A stretch of 64,000 bases of DNA from the human T2T-CHM13v2.0 reference genome, Homo sapiens. The position numbers and the translations under genes were made by a program. The notes beneath the pieces were generated by a model. It was not told where the DNA came from. It saw only the letters and a list, made by a program, of their open reading frames with translations, and made no database searches. This document shows, piece by piece, positions 24,231 to 36,180 of this stretch (position 1 is its first letter; each line of letters begins with the position of its first letter). The stretch lies in NCBI RefSeq assembly GCF_009914755.1, contig NC_060935.1; one strand, 5' to 3'.

Positions 24231-26120
24231 TTTATTTTTTAAGTTCCAGGGTACATGTGTAGAATGTGCAGATTTGTTACTTAAACGTGTGCCATGGTGG
24301 TTTGCTGCACAGATCAACCCATCACCTAAGTATTAAACCCTGTATCTGTTAGCTATTCTTCCTGAAGCTCGCCCTCCCCCGCCACCCCCCAACAGGCCCT
24401 AGTGGGTGTTGGTCCCCTCCCACCCCCACCAGGTGTCCATGTATTCTCATTGTTCAGCTCCCACTTATGAGTAAGAGCATGCGGTATTTGGTTTTCTGTT
24501 CCTGCGTTAATTTGCTGAGGATAACGGCTTCCAGCTCCGTCCATGTCCCTGCAGAGGACATGATCTCGTTCCTTTTTATGGATGCATAGTATTCTGTGGT
24601 GTATATGTGCCACATTTTCTTTATCCAGTCTATCATTGATGGGCATTTGGGTTGATTCCATGTCTTTGCTATTGTGAAATGTGCTGCAGTGAACATACAT
24701 GTGCATGTATCTTTATAATAGAATGACTTATATTCCTTTGGGTGTATAGCCAGTAATGGGATTGCTGGGTCAAATGGTATTTCTGCCTCTAGGTCTTTGA
24801 GGAATTGCCACACTGTCTTCCATGATGGTTGAATTAATTTACACTCCCACCAACAGTGTAAAGGTATTCCTATTTCTCTGCAACCTCACCAGCATATGTT
24901 GTTTCCTGACTTTTTAATAATCACCATTCTGGCTTGCGTGAGATGGTATCTCATTGTGGTTTTGATTTCTCTAATGGTCAGTGATGTTGAATTTTTCTTT
25001 CGTACGTTTGTTGGCCACATGAATGAATGTCTTTTGAGAAGTGTCTGTTCATGTCCTTTGCCCACTTTTTAATGGGGTTGTTTTTTTCTTGGACATTTAA
25101 GTTCCTTGTAGACTCTGGATATCGGACTTAGGTCAGATGGGTAGTTTGCAAAAATTTTTTTTCATTCTGTAGGTTGTGTCTACTCTGATGATAGTTCCTT
25201 GTACTCCGCATAAGCTCTTTAGTTTAAGTGGATCCCATTTGTCATTGTTTGCTTTTGTTGCAATTGCTTTTGATGTTTCCATCATTAAATCTTTGCCTAT
25301 GCCTATGTCCTGAATGGTATTTCCTAGATTTTCTTCTAGGGGTTTAATACCTTTGGGTTTTACATTTAAGTCTTTAATCCATCGAGTGAATTTTTTGTAT
25401 AAGGTATAAGGAGGGGGTCGAATGTCAACATTCTGCCTATGGCTAGCCAGTTCTTCCAGCAACATTTATTAAACAGGGAATCTTTTACCCATTGCTTGTT
25501 TTTGTCAGGTTTGTTGAAGATGGTTGTAGGTGTGGAGTCTTATTTCTGAGTGAGTTCTCTATTCTGTTCCATTGGTCTATGTGTCTGTTTTTATACCAGT
25601 ACTATACTACAAGGCTACAGTAAGCAAAACAGCATAGTTTGAAGTCAGGTAGGCATTAGGCTTCCACTTTTGTTCTTTTTGCTTAGGATGGTCTTGGCTA
25701 TATGGACTTTTTGGCTCCGTATGAATTTTAAAATAGTTTTTTCTAATTCTGTGAATGTGAATGGTAGTTTAACGGGAATAGCATTGAATCTGTTAATTAC
25801 ATTGGGCAGTATGGCCATTTTCATGCTATTGAGTCTTCCTATCTATCTGTGAGCATGGAATGTTTTTCCATTTGTGTCCTCTCCTTCACTTCCCTTGTTA
25901 GCTGTATTCCTAGGTATTTTATTCTGTTTGTAGCAGTTGTGAATGGGAGTTTGTTCATGATTTGGCTCCCTGCTTCTTGTTGGTGTATAGGAATGCTAGC
26001 AATTTTTGCACATTGGTTTTTGTATGTATCATCTTGAGAGTTGCTGAAGTTGCTTAACAGCTTAAGAAGCTCCTGGGATGAGATAATGACATGATTCTGT
26101 ATCATCTAGAAAACCCCATT
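24231..26120 (-). mobile_element. 5'-truncated old L1PA element, antisense in USP35 intron 10, with a short 5' inversion
   Basis: Minus-strand ORFs translate to the L1 ORF2p C-terminus (EIPFDPAIPLL...WNQPKCPSMIDWIKKMW); L1 3'UTR at 24231-24450. Confidence 0.92.
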
Positions 26121-26379
26121 AATGCAGTTAATAAGTGTGCTGAAGGAGGAGTACAGGGACCAGTTGAGTCTGAGGGGGAGGAGGATGCTTCGGGTGTGGG
26201 GGGAGGGGGTCCCACTACCCACGTGAGCCTCCTGTGTGACTCCCTAGAGTCAAGGGTGGCACTGGCATACTGAGCAGCTGGAACAGCATGGGCTTTGACC
26301 AGTGGGATGGGTGCCAGTGCCTGGAGTTTGTGTTTTGTGCGGGGGAATACAGCAACTGGTGTGGGGACACCAGACCGGG

Positions 26380-26476
26380 TGTCACCAACATCAACTCCTT
26401 CTTCCCCAAGGACACAGCCTATGTGCTGTTTTACCAGCAGCAGCCCAGGGAGGGGCCTGAGGCTGAGTCAGGCTCT
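26380..26476 (+). pseudogene. Decayed intronic duplicate of USP35 exon-10 segment 23853-23949
   Basis: Ungapped manual alignment gives 88/97 identities; translates VTNINSFFPKDTAYVLFYQQQPREGPEAESGS versus VSNVTSFFPKDTAYVLFYRQRPREGPEAELGS. Confidence 0.92.
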
Positions 26477-26928
26477 CAGGGACAGCTTCTGCCATGCTGT
26501 CCAGATGGAGGCAGGGTGGCGGGTAAGGATCGCCATGAGGCTGACGTCCTGGTAGCAGGAGGATGGGCTTTCTCATAGGCAGAGCCCATTCCTCGTGATC
26601 ATGAGGCCTGCGGACAGGTTCCCGTGTGGTGTGATATGACCCTCGAAGTCCTCAGACCTCTCGGTACCACATTAGGCCCTTGTCAGCTAGTCAGTCACAC
26701 CCTAGTATCAGCTGGCTCAGGGACTAGAGTTTTTATTGAGAGGAGGGGGTCTTTTGAAGTCTTTTGAAGGTGTCCACCCCGGATATCCTGCCACTGAGCT
26801 GCAATGTCTCTGTGTGTCCAGGCCCTGGGGACCTAGAGGAAACATTGAAAGGTGTTGTGCTGGGTAGACTCACTCTGGCTTCAGGGTGTGAATTCTAAGT
26901 CTAAGTCTCCTCTCATCTGTGTTCCCAG

Positions 26929-27096
26929 GAGCAGGAGAAGGAGGCCCGGAGCAGGGCGGCCTACATCTCTGCACTCCCCACATCTCCGCACTGGGGGAGG
27001 GGCTTTGATGAAGACAAGGATGAGGATGAAGGCTCTCCAGGGGGCTGCAATCCTGCAGGTGGCAATGGTGGTGACTTCCACAGACTGGTCTTCTAA
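26929..27096 (+). CDS. USP35: USP35 exon 11 coding part (EQEKEARSRAA...FHRLVF*)
   Basis: gttcccag| acceptor; TAA at 27094-27096; total CDS 3057 nt = 1018 aa, matching the known USP35 length. Confidence 0.95.
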   Translation, partial: EQEKEARSRAAYISALPTSPHWGRGFDEDKDEDEGSPGGCNPAGGNGGDFHRLVF

Positions 27097-28520
27097 TGTG
27101 AACCTGCTGCCAACCTGACCCCTTCCCTCCAGGAGCCAGGTAGGGCCTGAGGGAAGCTGTGGAGGCAGGCCCTACCAAGAGGAAGGATGGTACAGCTCAT
27201 GGCACCTTAGTCCTCAGCCTGATGAAGGGTACACAGAGATTCTCTCAGATATGGAAGTAAGACCTAAGTCCCTTTCATTGGGGATCAGTCCCATTAAAAC
27301 TTTACACCCAAGTGTCCTGGTTAACTTGAAGCAGCCGAGATGGGCACACACGGGTCTTTGCCTCCCCCTCCTTCCCTAGCAGGCTCCCCATGCGGGAAGA
27401 TCTGATGATGTTCAGGAAACAGGCTAGACCTCAGCTCCAATGTTTTGACATCAAGTACTATTTTCCTTCCGACTGCTGTACGGTATAAAGCACAGCAGGA
27501 TCCAAGCCTTGCACAAAGGGGTGGGGGGGGCAGTGTCTCCTCTGGCTGTCCTGTTTGTTTGTTTCTCATATGGGGGTGGGGGGTACCTGCACTGTCTGTA
27601 CCTTTCTGAGAAGAACAGAGACCGAGACCTGCCCCCTTACCAAGCGCCACTGCATGGTTTGGGGGGGGGGGGGGGCGGGGGGCTAGCTTCTCACAGCAGG
27701 AGGCCTTTGCCCCCACAGCCCCTCCACGCCTGCCTCAGGGCCTGAGAAGCCACCACTTGCATCCCCCTTGTGGTTAGAGTCCTGATTTTACTGCAAAGGT
27801 GTTCATGTTCCTTGTGAAGTGTGGGCTCTTAGGAAGCCTGTGGGCTCCTCTGAGCAGTTGGCCTTTGTAGCTGCAACAGCAGCCACCTGCAGGTTGGGTG
27901 AAGTGCCCTGACACTGCTGTAGCCCCCTTCTAACTTCTAACCGAAGACAAGACAGACACCCATGTTCTTAAATAAATAAAAGTAAGCCTAAGCAAGAGAT
28001 TGTTCTTCCTTGGACTCAGGGGCTGTGATGGCCACTGGGTTTTGCTCACGGGGTCTGGGGAGGCCAGGACTCAGCCTGCCCCCCAGTGACGTGTGAGATG
28101 CCACAGGGAGCCAAGAGCCCTCTACTGAATCTACTGAAGTGGGGTGTAAGTAAACGTGTGGACTGACTGACTTACTTACCTTACTGAGGGCTGGGTGATG
28201 CTGCCCGTGGAGAGGATGCACCTGGGAGGCAGCTCTCAAGCCTTTACCTACCTCCTTCCCCAGGGGCTGCCTGCTGTGATGGTGGTGTGGAGTTTGGGCC
28301 CAATGTCACAGACCCTCAAGATGTCACATCTAAGTGACCTGTGAAAGCAGCAGACAGACACGCCCAGAACCCATCTCTAGACGCCTAAGAAAGCTGGATG
28401 GGTAAATGCTAGTATGATTTCCACTTTACAACAGACGCTGAGGTAGAGAGCATTTGTTCTTATTCACAGCCAAGAAAAATACCCAATTATTTCCAAATAA
28501 AGCAAAAATTGGAACAGACT
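27097..28520 (+). other. USP35: USP35 3'UTR with proximal (AATAAATAAA 27971-27980) and distal (AATAAA 28496-28501) poly(A) signals
   Basis: Canonical hexamers seen directly; cleavage sites inferred ~20 nt downstream. Confidence 0.7.
27661..27682 (+). repeat. G15-C-G6 homopolymer in the USP35 3'UTR
   Basis: Read directly from the sequence. Confidence 0.9.
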
Positions 28521-28581
28521 GGAGTGAGAACGGGTTCCACCACCAAGCCCCTCAAGACAAGATGGACACGGCAGCTGGTTC

Positions 28582-31500
28582 TGGGGTGCATTTCTAGTGG
28601 ACTTTATTGTCCTGCTCCAACACCACAGTAGAAAGGGACCTGCAAGCTCCAAGCCTGTACCATGTGTCACCACAGCAAAAACATGACCCACTTGAACACA
28701 CTCCTGTCCCACCCACCGGATAAATATGTTACAATTTAAAAAAAAGAATACAACAGAATAAATTAATAACTTAAGTGATTAGGCACCAACAGTGATTTGA
28801 AAATTAAATGTCAATTTTAAATGGTAACAAGACAAGAACTCAAGACTGGGCTTCCACTAGCCCATTTTCTCTTCCTGACAAACAGTGACAATTCTGCGTG
28901 AAATAATTCTAGATTTCAAGACACAAGTAGCCAACAAATACACAACACATGCCACCATAAATCACATGACAGCCTGGATCTCTTGGGGACCCCCTCGGCA
29001 GGTACCCCATTGTGGTCCCAGGTCCTAAACAGCAGGGCTAGTCCCAGAAAGACGACCCCCCACGGAAGGGCTTTAGCGCTCCTGAGACCAGTCTGGCTTC
29101 CCCTGCATTTTATGAAGGCCCAGATGGGGAAGGAAGAACTCTGGAAATGGGATAGGGGTGCTGGGCCGAGATGTCCCCATGGGAGAAGGGGCCAGAGGGA
29201 GGATGAGCTGAGCCCATGCTCCAGTAACTTCAGAATGGTTGTGCTTTTGTCACAGGAATGGGGCATACTTTGTTAACTTCTACATTGGAAACCACTAAAG
29301 TCAAGCTAGGAGGGGACTGGGGATAGGTACTGCCCACCCCAATCCCCCAGAAAGAAGTTACAGAGGAGGGAGTCTCCCCTTCAAGCAGCTGAGCACCAGC
29401 TGTGGATGGGACCTCAGCGCAGCTAATCCAACCTCCCATTCCACAGACAGGCAGATCAAGGACTTAAGGAGACACCATCTCCCTATTTCTCATCGTTCTC
29501 ACTTGACTTAACCTTGCAGAAGTGGAGCTGGAAGTGGGTGAAGAAGGCTCCTTGGAGAGCCCCAGGCAGGGGGCCTGTGTGAAGCAGTGCTGAGTGGGAA
29601 GGTATCCCCTTTCCGTAGGCTCAGTCCTCTCCAGGCCCCCAGGAGAGGTGGACTTTGACCCATGGATAGGCCAAAGGACCAGTTTTTTCAACTGAGTTGA
29701 CTCCTTTGTTGGAGGAGGTAGTGGGTGGAGGGTGGGGATATGCTAGATACGGCTGGTAGTTTGGGGCCTGTGAGCCAGAGCTTTGCTTTCAAAAGGTCAA
29801 TTTCACCTCTCATCCTTCCATCTCTACCCCTACACTTGCACCCGAGGGATTTTGGTAGTTACCAGAATAGGGGGCTGGAAGGAAGCCTCCTGGTAGTTAC
29901 CAGAATAGGGGGCTGGAAGGAAGCCTCCTGGGAGATTCGATTTGAACACCTCAGTCGCTCTCCGAAGATTCCAGCCAGGTCCACTCACATCATGGCACAC
30001 TCAGAACATGCTCACATGTTTATGGGAGGCTGCAATAGTCTGGGCCCACTTGTGGCTGCTGCGGGTACAGGGAAGGCACCAGTTAAAAGCTCTGTCGTAT
30101 GGGGCCCCTTGTAGGGGGCCTTTAAGGCACACATTCAGGGCTGGGCAGAGTGAACCAGCACCCTGCCAACTCTGCCCAGTGTAGCTACCACCACTGCTTC
30201 CATTCACTTATTGGAACACCAAGGCATGGCCCCTGCACTTCTGAGTGGCTGGACCCATATGCTCAAAGGCCTTTTGTTCCCAAGACACAAGGCTTTCCAA
30301 GCCTCTCCTTCCTTCTTCCTCCACTGGACCCAAGCCCTGCCCTCCTCCTCTGTAAAAATCTGACTCATCCCCTTCTAAGGCCTACCTCAGGCACTCCCTT
30401 TTCCTAGAATCCACCTTCCCTGATCATTACCCCACTCCTGCCTCTGACACCAACCTCCCTAAGTACTTCCTCTGCCCTCCATCAGCATTTGAAGTCTCTG
30501 TCTGATGGCCATCACCACTGTCTCATGTCCTTGTCCTTTTTCTGATTGTGGCTATCTTAAGTTCAGGGAGAAGGTCTGATTGATTCTTGTGTCCTTAGTG
30601 CTTAACCCCAGAAACTGGAGACAGCAGCCATTAATAAATACTCCTTGAGTTGATCTAAACTAATGCTAGGAGGAGAGGTGCAGCTCTTGAAGAAATAACT
30701 TCTTCCAGGATGGGACTTAGAGAATGGCTAGGCCATTGGTCTGGTGAACTATGCATGCTCATGGGAGCTGAAAGGGGAATGGGGGCAGAGGACAGTGGTA
30801 GCTGTCCCCATCAAACATGGCAGGAAGTCATTGTTTGGGAGGAAGAAGTTCTGTTCGCCCCAGGGTAGAATGAAACGTCTGGTCTGTCCTGTTGCTTCTG
30901 AAACTCTTGAAAATTTAGTCAAGAACAGTCAACATAAAAACATTCAGATCCCCCACCCTTAGTTTAAGAGAAGGAACCTTGGGTGATGCCCTACACCCCG
31001 TCCCTGCTAATCTGATGGCCTTTCAAACCTGGGGAGGAGAGTCCAAGATGGCTCCTGGAATGCTAGGGAGCAACAGAGGGCGGATGAGCTGAGGAAACAC
31101 TGGGCCGGCACCAGGCCAGACTCGTTCCTACCCTGCGATCTGACATACGCCACAGCCCATGGGCACAAGCTGTCAGCCATGCCTGATGTGGTCCTCTAGG
31201 CATCATTCTGCCCTGCTTTCTCCTTGTCCTGCCTGACCCACTGTCCCATCCTAGGAACGGTCCTCATGTCACACCACCATGCACACCACTCTTGCACGTG
31301 TCCCTCCTTCACTTTCTGCTCCACCCTGCACCCCCAAGGATTGCGTTGGGCACCCCCCAACTCCCAGGCCCTTTGGATGTATTTCCCCACTTGCTACATG
31401 GCCTTCACCACTGCTTCACATCTGTCTGCTACCTCTGTGCCCGACTTCCACTGCACTGCTCACTGCAAAGAAACTCACTTCCCGACCCCACTGCAGAGTC

Positions 31501-32561
31501 CCCTGCACTGCCCTGTGCCTCTGCCCAGCCTGTGCCTGTCCCAGGGTTCCCCTCAGTCCCTGCATCACCCCCATCCACACCACACTCCCTCCCATATTCC
31601 CCACCCCTTTACCATGTGTTCCTGCCCCATGTGCTTGGTCGCCCAGCTTGGTCCAAGCCTTCCCCTGTATGCTGCTTTCAAGGTGGGGCTGGCGGGGGCC
31701 TCTGAGGGGACTGGGGAAGAGGACTAGCCCTTGGGCCTAGAGTGGCCTGTAGCTCCAGAGTTCTGGGGACCCAGACCCCACAGTGTCCTTGTCATCTCCA
31801 CCACCCGAGCTCCAAGCCCTGCTCCTTGCTGCTCTAGGTTGGCCATCAGTTTTCCCTTCCTTTTGTCCTTCATCTTCTGCCTCTGCACCCCACAGCAGCT
31901 GTCCTGCCATGGCCTCAGCCTCAAAGTGGGTTCCCTGCAGATGTCAGCTTTCCCTCTTCATCTGGGCATCTAAGTCCTTTACCCCTCAAGACCACTGCTG
32001 AGCCTCCGTCTCCACCATCTCCTCTTTTAGTGGCCTTGCTTCTCTCCTGCCAAGAAAAACAGGAATGAAAAAGTCCATTATCCACTTTGGTTTGCTGGTC
32101 CTTGACTCCCTGGGTTGGTGAGACTTGTCTTCTGGGACTGAAGGAGAGGTAGCCCAGTGGCCGGAGGGAAGATAGCTGAGGGCTGTGACTGAACGTGAGG
32201 TGTGGAATCTGGCTCAGAGCCCCAGCCCTTCCCTCCAAACATCTGGTAGAGAGTCAGGTCTAAAGGACAGGAAGAGGCTGAAGGATGCTTTTTGGAAGTA
32301 GCTCCTAACTAAGGTGGGTGGAGGCATGGCCATTACTGATAAAAATCACAGCTGGGCCCCGAGTGGGCAGAGGAGGTGCCTTGATCAGGCCCTCACCTCC
32401 CAGGGGAAGGGTTCAGGGTCCCTGATGTCAAGTGCTTTGAAGGCTGAGACTGGCAGAGTAGAGAGGAGGTGGATGGGAGGAAGAACGGGAGAGGGGAGAG
32501 GGGAGATGGGAAGGGCCAGCTCTGGAGATGCTGCCTCCTGGGCTCTGCGGTGGCCCTCTCA
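28582..32561 (-). other. GAB2: GAB2 3'UTR (~4 kb) with poly(A) signal AATAAA at 28608-28603 on the minus strand
   Basis: tttatt on the plus strand at 28603-28608; nearly repeat-free sequence from the stop codon to this signal; 3' end approximate. Confidence 0.75.
29853..29931. repeat. Perfect 38-bp tandem duplication in the GAB2 3'UTR
   Basis: TGGTAGTTACCAGAATAGGGGGCTGGAAGGAAGCCTCC x2 plus TGG. Confidence 0.95.
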
Positions 32562-32705
32562 TCACAGCTTGGCACCCTTGGAAGGCTCTGAGGACTGCCG
32601 CACGTCTGTCCACTCCTGCATGGTGTTCTGCAGGGCCTGGGTCTTCTCCTTGTCCACCTGAACGTAGTCCACCTTCTCATCAGAGGTGACGGATGAAGTA
32701 GATGG
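32562..32705 (-). CDS. GAB2: GAB2 last coding exon 10 (PSTSSVTSDEKVDYVQV...GAKL*), SHP2 site Y643
   Basis: ctgtcccctcag| acceptor; 144 nt; TGA immediately followed by a second TGA. Confidence 0.96.
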   Translation of the reverse strand, partial: PSTSSVTSDEKVDYVQVDKEKTQALQNTMQEWTDVRQSSEPSKGAKL

Positions 32706-33608
32706 CTGAGGGGACAGAGTGGGAAAGAGGGAGTAGCTGTGAGTTACCAGTTAGGTGGGGAGGAAGAAGGTGGGCACGGGATCTTCCTGAGCTGTCTGAA
32801 GGGGAGAAGAGCATGGCCTCTGCCTGCCACTGACCAGCCTCAGGAGCCTGGCTTCTCTTTCTGAATGTGGGCTTTAAAGCTCAGACTCCAAACTCATCAT
32901 CCCTCCTGCAGGATGTAGCAGCACCTGCCAGCCCTTCTTACTTCCCGGCTTCTGGGAGGACCCAGGCCCTTCCTTGGCCCTGGTGGATGGGTCCAGGCCT
33001 TCATCTCTGCCTCCACCCATCTCTGTCAGGTCGCTCATCCAGGGGAAGGAATTTGCTAGGTGCAAACAAACATCAGCCACAGGACTTTACGTGCTGTGCT
33101 CACTGCCACCCTGTGAAGGGGAACCATGCTGAGGCACAGCTCTGCACCCTTCTGTCTAGACTGCTTAGCTATAAGGATGCCTCCTGGGGAGGCTTTCCCA
33201 GGCCTGGAAGTCCCTTCTGAAGGCTGATGTATCGACGGCAGGGCTCTGGACCCACTCGAGAGCCCAGGACCAGGAGGCAGTATCCTCATTCCTGGATCTG
33301 TTGCTGATTCACTTTGTAACCTTAGGACAATCAGATCTCTGTGCACTCATTTGCCCATCTCTACAACACGGGGGATGGGCTGACTGATGAGGTTCTCTGA
33401 CTGAGGGTACTGTGCTCTGAGAGCAGGAATAGGAGTCTTTAGACCTAGATGAAAGCTCTATGACTAAAGATGCATCATAAAAGCTGGGTACTGGAGCAGG
33501 AGGGAGGCTGAGTGCTGCTGTTCAGTGTTGAAGGCACCCTGGCCTCCATGATCTCTGCCTCCGGGACCCTGAGAGCTCTTACTGCCCCCCCAACTCTACT
33601 CCAGGCAC

Positions 33609-33734
33609 CTTGCGGTGGGGGCTTGGGGAGCTCGGCTGGAAGTCCAGGGCCAGATAATCAACGCTGCCGGTGCTCTTCTTAGGGGCAGGACTGTTCGTGC
33701 CACTGGGAACGGGAGATGCAGACACTGGGTTTTG
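33609..33734 (-). CDS. GAB2: GAB2 exon 9 (QNPVSASP...VDYLALDF...PHRK), SHP2 site Y614
   Basis: gtgacag| acceptor; AAG|GTGCCT donor; 126 nt. Confidence 0.95.
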
Positions 33735-34624
33735 CTGTCACGAGGAGGAAAAAACTGTGAGTGACTGCAGAAAACAGACTAACCCACCACCCAGAAAAAC
33801 ACCTCTGGGAGTAAGAACACTGTTTCCCTGAGCCCTACTCTGACACATGCACCATGCTAAGGACTTTTCATGTTTTCATTTTAATCCTCATGACAATCCT
33901 GTAAGGTAGGTATGATTACTGTTGATACTGTTTAAAGCAAAGATGAAACTGTGGTTCACTTTACTTTCAGAGAAGTGACTTTGCCTGTGGCTGCACAGCT
34001 GTTGAGTGATGGGAATCAGGTCTGTTTTCTGACTTCCAAACCTGTGCTAACCCCTGTACCACACTGCCTCCTTTCTAGCACATCAGGCCAAGTCTCATCA
34101 ACAGTGGCTCTCCTGAGACATCCAGCCTTTGCTTGCTGGCGCTTAAGAAAGGAGCACATTTCCTTTATGCACTGGAAAGTTTTCTTCTGTCGCACCAAAT
34201 CAGCCCCTGTGAAACTCCCACCTGTGGCCTAGAGTGGGGTAGTCACCCCAAAGCAGCTTGCTCCCCCGCCTAGCTCCTCCAAGATCTGAAGAGGGTGGCT
34301 TCATCTCCAGGCTGCACAAGCCCGCATTTCTTCAGATGACACGCTCTAGGATCCTGTCCATCCAGGCTCGTGCTCTAGCAGAGCACCACCTCCTCTAGAA
34401 CTTTCTGGAAGTCTTATTCTAATGAGAAGGTGATAGTCCTGTGTTCTGTTTGTTGGCTGCTTTACTGGTTGGTTAATTCATTCTTTCACTATCTATGCAG
34501 TGACTACCAGGTGCTGGGCAGTTACGCCCTTAATGGAAATCTCAGGGAAGAAATATCCTCCTCTGCCTGTGTTGATAGCTCTATTATGGCCTCACCAAAG
34601 TGAGTTATGTGCACGTATGCCTCT

Positions 34625-34672
34625 CACCACTGAGGAGATACCTCCACCACTGAGGAGATACCTCCAGCACTG
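34625..34672. repeat. 20-bp tandem duplication (CACCACTGAGGAGATACCTC x2) in GAB2 intron 8
   Basis: Read directly from the sequence. Confidence 0.9.
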
Positions 34673-34966
34673 CCTATCCAAGGGCACAGATCATGCCACC
34701 CATGTCACTGTCATGAGAGGCAGGCCCCTGCTCTTGAAGACCATGACTTCGTTGGGACAGGTCTCATGTCTTCCTTACATCTGATGACAACTCCTACTGC
34801 TTGATAAACAGGTGCTCAAGAAGGGTTTGTAGCAGGAGACTAAATCATGAATAATACAAGGAGTCCCTGGGCTGAGGTGAGTTAGCTAAGCTGGGAAGTG
34901 GGGAACTGAGGGGTGGGTCCCAGGGGACTTGAAAGGCGTCATTCCAGCGAAGCCCGAAGGACTCAC

Positions 34967-35069
34967 CATAGGGACATAGTTCTCTTCGCTGTCTCCTGAG
35001 TCTGTGCTGGTGATGCTCTGGGTGGAGATGGGGCGGCAGTACTGGGAGGAGCTGGAGTTGAAGGTGTGG
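34967..35069 (-). CDS. GAB2: GAB2 exon 8 (NHTFNSSS...EENYVPM), p85 site Y584
   Basis: cacaacag| acceptor; ATG|GTGAGT donor; 103 nt. Confidence 0.95.
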
Positions 35070-35394
35070 CTGTTGTGGGAAGGAAGAGTTAACACTGGGG
35101 AAGCTGCATGGCTGCTGCCATGTTTCTAGCCTCCAGCTGGGCCCTGACCCTCACACACCCAGACCTCAGCCATTAGAGCTGCACACTCCATCAGATTAAG
35201 ATCTGATATAGGGCAGGTATAATTATTCTCTTTTACAGCTGAGGAAACCAAGCCACAAGACATCGAGACATGATCAGCTAATGATAGCGTTAGCATCAGA
35301 ATCCAGCTGTCCCGGCCCACAGGCCAGCTACCACATCACTCATTTTCCCTAATGGCCCGACTCCAAGCTCCCACCCCCACACATACGCACTTAC

Positions 35395-35485
35395 TTGGCC
35401 CTAGACCAAGACTTGGTGATAGGTGACTTGAAGGGGAGTTCATCGATGACGGTGTTGTTCCTCAGGTCAAGTGGTGTTGGCTTTG
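35395..35485 (-). CDS. GAB2: GAB2 exon 7 (AKPTPLDLRNNTVIDELPFKSPITKSWSRAN)
   Basis: ctgctccag| acceptor; CAA|GTAAGT donor; 91 nt. Confidence 0.94.
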
Positions 35486-35870
35486 CTGGAGCAGGAAAAG
35501 AAAGTCTGGTAATCAGCCAGTAATGATAATGCTACACATACACACCTTATATATAACACATGAGCATGTTTATAAAGGCCTGCAAAGTCATTCCAGTTTC
35601 ACACAGGGAAACTGACGCTCAGCGAGGTTGTATAATCTTTGCCCATATTGATGAGCCTTGAAGTCATGTCTTCAGATTCCAAATTATATATTCTTTCTGC
35701 TGTATCTATGGTAATTATATTTTCAGAATCAAAAGTGGGGACACAGGGTTTGACAACAGATTTTTCTCCCTCAATTTATGACTTCATTTAAAAATAAAAG
35801 ACTATATATAAAATATATTTATATATTAATATATTAATATTTATAAAAATATATACTATTTATATATTAA

Positions 35871-36180
<310 letters not shown>

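Noticed and set aside
26288-26578. 96-aa ATG ORF containing FFPKDTAYVLFY as a separate USP-like gene
   Set aside because: Only 97 bp are homologous to USP35 exon 10 and there are no catalytic residues or promoter evidence; reported instead as a decayed duplication.
31224-31740. Three overlapping His/Cys/Pro-rich ORFs on the plus strand
   Set aside because: Antisense to a G/T-rich part of the GAB2 3'UTR; explained by compositional bias.
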